Below are positions 1 through 11,100 of a DNA stretch of 64,000 nt, piece by piece (the stretch's first letter is position 1; the number at the start of each line of letters is the position of its first letter). The DNA comes from Chrysomallon squamiferum (lineage: Eukaryota; Animalia; Mollusca), in NCBI GenBank assembly GCA_012295275.1, contig CM022677.1, positions 992,001-1,056,000 on the forward strand. Reading direction: 5' to 3'. The notes below the pieces were generated by a model. The model saw nothing but the letters and a program-made list of their open reading frames with translations, made no database searches and had not been told where the DNA came from. A program made the translations under genes and the position numbers.

Positions 1-3000
1 CATCAAGTCCTTCCAGTCGGCTCTGAGAGCTGACCCTGCTGACCAGTGAGTGACACACAGAATACTTTAACACAGAACCTTTTATATTTTATTAGAACTG
101 TTTAAATTTCAAAAATAACAGATTAAGTAGCAGCAATGTGATGATGAGTGTTTGAATGTGTTAGTTTGTTAGTGACATGGTTTCTCACAGACAGTTTAAC
201 ACTTTCAGTCGTGTTTGGGAATGTGATGATGAGTGTTTGAATGTTGTTAGTTTGTTAGTGACATGGTTTCTCACAGACAGTTTAACACTTTCAGTCGTGT
301 TTGGGAATGTGATGATGAGTGTTTGAATGTTTTAAATAGTTTGTTAGTGACATGGTTTCTCACAGACAGTTTAACACTTTCAGTCGTGTTTGGGAATGTG
401 ATGATGAGTGTTTGAATGTTGTTAGTTTGTTAGTGACATGGTTTCTCACAGACAGTTTAACACTTTCAGTCGTGTTTGGGAATGTGATGATGAGTGTTTG
501 AATGTTGTTAGTTTGTTAGTGACATGGTTTCTCACAGACAGTTTAACACTTTCAGTCGTGTTTGGGAATGTCTTGCTGAATCGTACCTGTACAGAGGCAG
601 TTATACAGCAGCTCTCAAAGCTTTCAACAAAGCAGCTGAGGTCAGTTTATTTCTCTTTGTTAACATCTTACATCCGATATAAATGTAATATATAAAATAA
701 TATAGCTTGTTTATTTTGTTAATTTTTCTAATTTCTATTAATTTTTTTTTTTCCTTTTATTTTATTTTTTCATATACGTATTCATTCATTCAGTAATTAT
801 TTAATAAAATAACACTAACAGTATTAATACTGTTTCTTTTGATAGTGATAATCCTGTTGTCAGATTCTTTTCTAATCCTCAGGCAGCTATTAAATCTGCT
901 TAGATGTTGAATTTGTTTAACAAGATGTCTGTATTTTTAAAAAGCTGTTTAACAGTTTTATCAGTTTTAACATTTTCATTACTTCACAGCTGGATCCAGA
1001 TTCTATGTACAGTCTGTACCAGTGAGTATTGTTTATTTGTTTGTTTGTTTTTTGTTTTGTTTTTTTGTTATATAACTTATCTGTAATACTTAGAAAAACT
1101 GTTTTACTTTTCTTTCTTTTTTTTTTTTAACTTTAATTCATTGCTGAAAATTTAATTGCAATTCAAAGAATATAGATGTTTGTGGCTGTTTTGAAAAAGT
1201 TTTCAGACTTGTTGTTGTTTTGTTGTATTTTGTTTAGGATGGCCAACATCAAGCAAGCTTTAGGTGAATTAACAGAAGCTATTAGCGAATACAAGACAAT
1301 ACTGACAAAATCACCTAACTACGTTCCAGCATTAAAAGGTATTTGAAATTAAAAATGTCATTGGTAACCTTTGATACATAACATAAAATTTTGTTTGTTC
1401 ATCCAAAATAATGTCAGTTGTTGGCAAAATGTTGAATGAATTTGATTTACAGTCTATAAAAAAAGAAGAAACAATTTGTATTTGTTCTTTACTCAGTGTT
1501 AAAACCTCCCTCTCACAAATTAACTGGTTATATTGATTTATGTTGTCAAGTTATATTGATCTGTGTTGTTTTACACCAGAATTTTGTCTTTCTGTTATAT
1601 TACAACAATTAAAATTAACTAATTAAATCATAACAGTTTAAAAAAACAAATAAATAAAAATAAAAAAAATATAAAAGGCACTTTACTTAGAGCTGTACAC
1701 ATTTGGATGAAATTCAGATCAGGTGTACTTCAAACAGTGATATAGAAAGACTGATGTTGTTTTTCTTTCAGGTGTTGGAGAAACATTAATGCTTCTTGCT
1801 AAAGAAAATCTTGGCAGATATTTAAATGATCTTGCTCGAGACAATTGTCAGGAAGCCATCGTGTACCTCACAAGGTCAGTTCTTATTTTAAAGTTTTTGA
1901 AAAATAATCATTAATGTGTAAAGAAACTGCTGTAATAAAAAATAAAAATAAAACTGAAAAATAAAATAATAATAATAATAATAAACCAACACAATAAACC
2001 ATTCACATCGCTGTAGTTTGTGTTTATGTTAACTTGATTCTGACAGTAACATTGTATATGTTTTGTGGTTTGTTTATTTTTAGTTATAAATTATTTAATT
2101 CTGTTTTTAAACATGAATTCAGGGCAGCTGCACAGAGACCAGATTTTTGTTGTTTGTGGAAACTTCTGGGGGACGTGTGTACCAGCCTGCACAGATTAGC
2201 TGCAGAAACATTCAGGTGAATCAACATCTCTAACCTCAGCAATGCCTGATAGCTGAAACAAATCTCACAATATTCACACTGTATCAAATAAAACAAATCT
2301 GCTAATACTTAGAAGGTGTTGATGACAATATATAAAATTATTTAATAAAATAAACATTGCCTGTTATTAATTATCTTTATAAGAAAACATCACTGAATCA
2401 CTTGTTGTTAATGAGCTCACTGATTGAGTACACTGTAATGTTGATTTTTTATTTTGCATCTCAACATTAACAAATATTTTCAATTATTTCAGTATTGAGG
2501 TCCCAGTAAAACTGACAAGAAAAACAGTGAAAGATTCCAAAGAGACGTGTGTCCTGAATAAACTTCAACTGCTGCAGCTGGGAGCAAGGTAGTAAAACAT
2601 AGAGTTTTATAAAAATAAACAACATTCATAAGAATAATTTAACTTTATATTTTTTATATGTTGGTGTCTATTTCAACAGATCCATTCATTTCCATATCCC
2701 TAAGTAAAGTTATAAATTGAAATTTTGATCAATATAAAATTACTTTAATTGTATATTTTTTTCTAATATCAAAGTGGATTCATTTATCTTCATCCTTTAT
2801 AACATAAATCTTTTAAAATTTCATTGGTTTTTGTAGATGTTATGGAAAGGCTTTGAAAGACATGCCTGATTCTGATTGGCTCTGGCATGACCTCGGTGTC
2901 AACTATTTCCACCAATCGGAAGCAGCCGATAATGATAATGCAAAATCATTGGCAGAGAAGTCAGTCCAAGCTCTAAAGAGGTCTTTGACCTTGAATGGCT

Positions 3001-4293
3001 CTGACTTTCGTCACTGGAATGCTTTGGGGTTGTTGCATGCACAGAAAGTAAGTAAATATCACATTACTAAAAAACAAAAAGTAATAATATGCCTCTTTGT
3101 ATTTTTAAACCTACTCATTAAAAATATTGTCTAAGGCATTAATGGATAGTAAATGTTAAACAGTAAAAGAATATTCAGAAAAACATTTGATATTCAAGTT
3201 GATTGTATTGTGGTGGCTGTCTTTATGTTAAATTACTTTGACTGTGGTATCAGACAGTGATTCAGTTTCTCTTTAAACTTTGTGTGTTTTGTTTTCAGAT
3301 TACTACAAACCAGATCTGGCTCAGCACTGTTTTATCAAATCTATAAAAACTGAAAACAATGTAAGTTAGACTGTGTTTTCTCTTTACAGTATCCTCTTAT
3401 GTTTTCAGATTTACTCTGTAACAATGTGTATCTCTACACTGTATCTCAGTCTCTAATAACATACATAAGATTCTAAGTTAAGCATGGATTTAGAAATGTG
3501 TAGATTTATCAAACTGAAAATAACTGCAGTAAATGTTTTAATTACTTATGAAAGATGAATAAAATATTTTCAGAATGCTGTAGCTTGGACAAACCTTGGA
3601 GCCTTGTATTTGAAAGAAGATAATGTTAAGGTCAGACTAGTTTTTATTTTTATAAATTCATAATACTTCTAAATGTATTCAGTCCTTTCTTTCTTTCTTT
3701 CTTTCTTTCACCTTTTTTTTTCACTTTTTCTTTTCTTTTTTTTCTTCTTCCAGAAATTATTACTGTCTTAAATTATTTTGATTTTTTTTTAACAAATAAT
3801 ATTTGTTTAACAACACATTTAATTATTAACTTTGATTATATCAGGTTTTTTTTTTCTACATCATGATAAAAGTAATAAATTATTCTTACTTATTTGCAGC
3901 ATATTTTTCCCTTATGATTTTTAAATATTTCATCTTCACAATTAGTTTTCTGTTTTTCTGCAGCGGGCCCACGAAGCTTTCAAAATGGCGCAGAATCTGG
4001 ATCCCTCTTACGTTGCTTGCTGGATAGGACAGGTAGAAACAATCATCTTCAAATGAAATCCTAACACACACACACACAAACACACACTCACACACACACT
4101 CACACATACACACACACACACACACACTCACATATACCTGGATAGGACAGGTAGAAACAATCATCTTCAAACGAAATTGCTATACCTGGATAGGACAGGT
4201 AGAAACAATCATCTTCAAATGAAATCCTAACAACACACACACACACACATATACCTGGATAGGACAGGTAGAAACAATCATCTTCAAACGAAA

Positions 4294-4358
<65 letters not shown>

Positions 4359-4649
4359 CAACCATAATAACAATAATAATAATATAGTTAATCATTACAG
4401 TGTTAACATTTTTCAGAAATCAAAGAAAGGTATTTAAAAACATAATAGAAAGAAAACACCAGCAAATACAAATGAATAAAATGTATTGATGATGTTTACT
4501 ATTAATGTTAATATGTTTTGGGTTTCTCTGGTGTAAATTCATAAAAGACACACACACACACACACAGATACATATACAAACAGAGCCTTGCTGTATTTAC
4601 CATTCTAGCCTTCATAGGATAAAGCTGATTTCTTAATAGTAAACAATAA

Positions 4650-4744
<95 letters not shown>

Positions 4745-5140
4745 GTGTGTTTATTACTTGGCTGCAGGCTCTTGTGGCAGAGACTGTGGATCATGATGAA
4801 GCCATGGACCTGTTCAGACACACCACAGAGCTGGGAAACCACGTGAGTTGTATAAACACTGCTGTAACAACTGTTATTGTAATAACAAATCATTCTGTAG
4901 TAAAACAGAAACCATTGAATTGTTATATATAAAAGAAAGTGTGTGGGATCAGGATGTAACAAAAGTTCTGTCTGGTTTTTCAAGTAAATATGTAGTTAGA
5001 TTTAAAGTTACTTGTGAACATGTAAACTCACTGACAGATGGAAAGATGTCACAGAGAAGAAAGGTGACGTCATCAACAATTGAATAAATCAGCTGTTGTC
5101 TTTTCTGTTGTTTTATTGAACCATAGGAAATGGACGGAAC

Positions 5141-5184
<44 letters not shown>

Positions 5185-8100
5185 TTAGTGTAATACATAT
5201 ATATATATATAGTGTAATACAACAGAAAGCTATTTAATTATAATTGTAATATTTTTAACTGTTAAGAACTCATGTAAGTACTGCTGAAGATGTTTTAAGA
5301 ATCCATTTAACAGCATAAAATAATGATTAAAAAGTCTATTTAATTATAATACACTTAGAACACTATGTAATTATTGTAATATAACTGTAATTGCAATAGT
5401 TTTATAACAGGAAATCTAAGTATATTTTTGTAATGTAACTTTTACCTGTGTTGTTGGTGTGTGTACATGTTTAGTAAATTGAGACAAATGTTCTGTGTTA
5501 TAGCTGGAAGGAGCTGTAGGCTATGGACACTGGGTGTGCAGAACTCTGACTGACAGTGAAATACAAAACACAGAAGTTTTTAAATACTGTATCGAACACA
5601 TGTCAGCCATCCAGACAGCCTCCGATGTTCTCATGAGATACACAAGTAAACTCCTCTTGTTTCAGTTCAGAATTAACTTTGTTATTATTATTATTATTAT
5701 ATATAAATATTTTATTTTTTAGTTGAAGATTTTTAGAAATTTCGTTTATTATTTTGTTTATGAGCTTCTTTTGAAATTAATATTTTATTGTTGTTTTTCT
5801 TATAATCAACATTATTATAAAAATCATTGTCAGAATATCATCACTATGATGATTATTATTACTATAGTTATAATTATTACTATTTTATTATTATTATTAC
5901 TATTACTATTGTTATTATTATAATTATTATTTTTTTGTATTATTATTATTACTATTGTTATAACTATTACTATTTTATTGTTATTACTGTTTTACTGTTT
6001 TACTGCAGGTCGGGTGAAGACAGACCCGGCAGTGTACAACATGTTGGGAATGCTGTTGGAGTACCAAGGACTTTTCTCTTCATCAGTTGAAGCTTACAGA
6101 ACGTAACTCCACCTTCCTTGTTTGTCCTTCTTTAATGTTTACATATCATTTTACATAATCATTTTGAAACATTATATTTTATATTTATACAGGTAAATAG
6201 GTAAAAAAAAAAATATATGGTTGAAATTGTTACATCTACATAAAAACATTTCCATCAGGTCTATTCCCAAACATTATAATTAATTTTTTTTAATTTTTTA
6301 ATGTAAATCACTTTTATAAAATATTAGGACTAACTGAAAATGGTACAGAAAAAGAATACAGTGATGGAGATAGCGAGTGTGTGTGAAAGAGAGATACCTT
6401 TTCACTGTTTTTCTGATGTTATATATCTTTATACATGTTACATAGAACTTCGGTCTCATTATACCTGGTAACAATCATAACCAAAGCTGCAAACTGTTGT
6501 GATAAATAAATATTTACTTTCAGTGCATCTACTCTTCTGCAGGACTGTGATGTTGATGATGATAGATTATTGAAAGTGAGGCTGAATCTTGCACGAGTTT
6601 TATGGTGAGTTAACCGCTATACAAGTAGAACTCACTACTAAAGTTGTATAATAACACACAAACAGTTATAAACAATTACTTAACAGATCTTTTATAATTT
6701 TGAAAAGTAAGGGATAAAATGGTTATAAAATATTTGTTCATCAGTTCTTATATAATATTTTTGCACTGATAAAATTGTAAATACATGAAAAATAACTAAT
6801 TTTAAATACAATAAAGACCAGCTGGTGGAAATGACCTTTGTTGTTATGGTTAAGCAAGAAAATGGTAACATAAAAATAGCGTAACATAAATGTTTTTAAT
6901 CCAAAGACAGATTTTTAGAGATCATAATTACTAAACGAGTAAAAGATGTTATTCACCAAATGACCAAAGTAATCAAGTTTATATTTCTTGTCATGTATTT
7001 GAATCTGTTTTAATTAATACAAACCTGTCATATAGGCTGTAAAACATCATTACTGAAAAAATTATATTATTATTATTATTATTATTATTCTTTAAAAAGT
7101 ACACTATCCCATTATTATTCAAGATCATTATGAATATTCGGAGAAAGCAAATCTTGCATTACACACAGCTGTGTACATGCAGTGAACAATCATATACATA
7201 CACAAAATATTTGAATTGTTTTATTCTAATAATGACAGAGAGTGTATAATGTTTATTTAACAGTGAAAACAAAGCCTATGATGAAAGTATTGGTGTTTAT
7301 TTAACAGTGAAAACAAAGTAATGATGAGAGTATTGATGTTTATTTAACAGTGAAAACAAAGTAATGATGAAAGTATTGGTGTTTATTTAACAGTGAAGAC
7401 AAAGTAATGATGAAAGTATTGGTGTTTAAACAACAGTGAAAACAAAGTAATGATGAAAGTATTGGTGTTTATTTAACAGTGAAAACAAAGTAATGATGAG
7501 AGTATTGATGTTTATTTAACAGTGAAAACAAAGTAATGATGAAAGTATTGATGTTTATTTAACAGTGAAAACAAAGTAATGATGAGAGTATTGATGTTTA
7601 TTTAACAGTGAAAACAAAGCCTATGATGAAAGTATTGCTGTTTATTCTCTGGTTTTACAACATGCTCTCTGTGAAGATCTTGCTTTTCTTGGACTTGCAC
7701 TATACAAGACAGAACAAATTCAGCAAAGTTTTGAAGGTAATTTCTAACATGTTTTTTTTTTTTTAAAGTGTAAGTTACACTGACAGAAAAACAACAACAT
7801 TATTTTTGTTGAATGTTTGTGTTTAAATGAGTATATTTTACATATAAAGAGAACTTATCTCAAACACTTGAACCAAGCAATGGTAAGGATTTAAAAATTT
7901 GGGAATGTAATGAGATGGAAGGAAGCTAGTTAGTAATATAACTAGACTGAAAGTTGTTTTTTTCAGTTTATGAGCAGGCTGTGAGTAAGGCTGAAAGTTG
8001 TTGTTTTTTCAGTTTATGAGCAGGCTGTCTGTAAGACTGAAAGTTGTTTTTTCATTTTATGAGTAGGCTGTCTGTAAAACTGAAAGTTGTTTTTTCAGTT

Positions 8101-11100
8101 TATGAGCAGGCTGTCTGTAAGACTGAAAGTTGTTTTTTCAGTTTATGAGTAGGCTGTCTGTAAGACTGAAAGTTGTTTTTTCAGTTTATGAGTAGGCTGT
8201 CTGTAAGACTGAAAGTTGTTTTTTTCAGTTTATGAGTAGGCTGTCTGTAAGACTGAAAGTTGTTTTTTCAGTTTATGAGCAGGCTGTCTGTAAGACTGAA
8301 AGTTGTTTTTTCAGTTTATGAGTAGGCTGTCTGTAAGACTGAAAGTTGTTTTTTTTCAGTTTATGAGTAGGCTGTGAGTAAGGCTGAAAGTTTTTTTTTT
8401 TTCAGTTTATGAGTAGGCTGTCTGTAAGACTGAAAGTTGTTTTTCAGTTTATGAGTAGGCTGTCTGTAAGACTGAAAGTTGTTTTTTCAGTTTATGAAGA
8501 CAAGTCTGTAAGACTGAAAGTTGCATTTTCAGTTTATGAGTAGGCTGTCTGTAAGACTGAAAGTTGTTTTTCAGTTTATGAGGGCTGTCTGTAAGACTGA
8601 AAGTTGTTTTTTCAGTTTATGATTTTGAAAGACTGAAAGTTGTTTTTTTCAGTTTATGAGTAGGCTGTCTGTAAGACTGAAAGTTGTTTTTTCAGTTTAT
8701 GAGTAGGCTGTCTGTAAGACTGAAAGTTGTTTTTTCAGTTTATGAGTAGGCTGTGAGTAAGGCTGAAAGTTTTTTTTTTTTCAGTTTATGAGCAGGCTGT
8801 GAGTAAGGCTGAAAGTTGTGTTTTTTTTCAGTTTATGAGCAGGCACTCAGTAAGGCTGAAAGTTTTTGTTTTTTTTCCATTATGAGCAGGCTGTGAGTAA
8901 GGCTGAAAGTGATGAAGACAAGTCTCACCTCTACGCTGCATTAGGAATGGTGTTGTACAAGTTCAATGATGTTGAGGCAGCCAAGACAGCATTTTTCAGC
9001 AGGTTAATTTTAAACATAAATAAACAGAAGTGTGTAAACAGTTTTAGCAGTGACAGCTGGATGAGATTAGTTTTAACAAAGATTTGTGTACATCTGCTGC
9101 TCCAGTCAGATGAACAGAGATGTTGATTACAACACTTTCCATTTATTCTTTCTACGTAGAACCATTCTGCGATTCACTTTATTATCATCATTACCATTAT
9201 TATTGTTGTTGTTATTATTATTACTATTATATTATTACTGTTACTACTATTACTACTATTATTATTACTGTTACTACTACTACTAATACTATTACTAATA
9301 TTATTACTATTACTATTATTATTACTATTATTACTATTACTACTACTACTATTACTATTATGATTACCTGTGACTCAGCTGTCAGCTGACTCCCCCGTCG
9401 TCCACTGGTCTGCTAGCGCTGTGTTCTCTAGGACTGAGCCAGTGCGACTGGACACTGGCTGGAGCTGTCCTGCAAGAACTGACCAAACTGAAACCTGACG
9501 AGCAGACTCTTCCCCACTTTGCCTACCTCACAGCAATGTTTCATACATTAAAGGTGAGTCAAAAATATGCAGTAAACAGTCGTTTTAAATTGTTATTAAA
9601 CTACTATTTTTATAGTAATGTTTTGTTTTATCTATATTTGTTATTTGAAAATATGCTGTAAACAGTAGTTTTAAATTGTTATTAAACTACTGTTTTTATA
9701 GTAATGTGTTGTTGTATCTATATTTGTTATTTGAAAATATGCAGTAAACAGTAGTTTTAAATTGTTATTTTTATAATAATGTTCTACAATATGACATTGT
9801 TATTTAAGGTAACTATGAGTATGTATAGAAAACAAATCTGTTGTATTTGTTATAGGTCTGTCAGTTTCATTTTGATTACTCTCTAGTGATGATTATGATT
9901 ATATATTTTTCAAATTTTTTAAATAAACAATATATGAAACATTTTTCTTAAACTGAAAATTTTTCACTGAAATATGTTCATATTAGAGTTAGCTACTCTT
10001 CATCTTTTTTAATCTGTCTTTGTTGATTGATGTTTTTGTGCCAGGGTGACATCCTCACTGCTCGACGTCACCTTGAAACGACCACACGTGAGCACTCGCA
10101 CCTGGCAGGTGTGTGGAAGCAGCTGGTGCTGTGTCTGATGCAGTGGTTTCCTCACATGGGCAGAACTGCGGCGACGTGCTGCGCAGTGGCTCAGCACCTC
10201 AACTCTGCTCGTCTCCAGGTGACAGTTACCTGTTCTTCATCATCCCACCTGGTGGAAGTAGTATTCCTGAAGTGTTTCACATAATGAATAAAACTTTAAA
10301 TTTTAAAAATATATATATATATTCTAGAGAAAAAATGTATTATTTAATAAATATTATCTAACGATGATGATGATGATGATGATGATAATGCATTTCATGT
10401 CACATAAGAATAACACATTGTTCAAAGTCTCCTCATCATGATAATTGTAATGAAAATGTAATTATTATTTATTTCATTTTGAAATTTCATGTTTTTTTAA
10501 AGTTTATTCTTTTCATTAATCAATTATACAGAAATGAATCTGTTATTCATTGCTGCTTTCTTTACAGTTTATTTCGAGACTTCTGTCACTTGCACAACTG
10601 CAGGGTGGTTGTCATCATCGGCTAGATCCCACTAGCAACGTCATCAAGACAGCACAGAGAACTCTACACATGTACCCAGGTTTGCTGTTTGTTTGTTCTC
10701 TTACTTAGTGAACTTTCTTGATGTCTCTCCTCTTCACTTCCACTTTGTAGTTATTAGACTGTACCTCTAAGACTGGATGTTTGTGTTTTCAGACGATGTT
10801 TCCAGTCTGTGTGTCCTCACAGCAGCACAACACGGCGAGGCTGTCATTGAGTTGTGTTTTAGTAAAGGGAAACAACTCTTTCAGGTGCAGGATCGTTACA
10901 TTGAAATGATTCTTAAAACAGGTCTGTTCTTTAAAAAATTATTAATAAATAAAAAATATCTAAATCTTGTCAAATCTAACATTTAGTTGTTAAAAATATT
11001 TTTCATGGAAAAGGATCAGAACCAAAGTACAACAACACTGAAATGAAATAATATTACTGATATAAAAGTTTGTTAACAGTCAGTACACAGCAGTCCCATT

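Noticed and set aside
2837-9002. SKIC3 as a pseudogene because of the frameshift and missing AG
   Set aside because: More than 25 exons are otherwise open and conserved with intact splice sites. The defects fall in a homopolymer and a tandem array, where consensus errors are expected.
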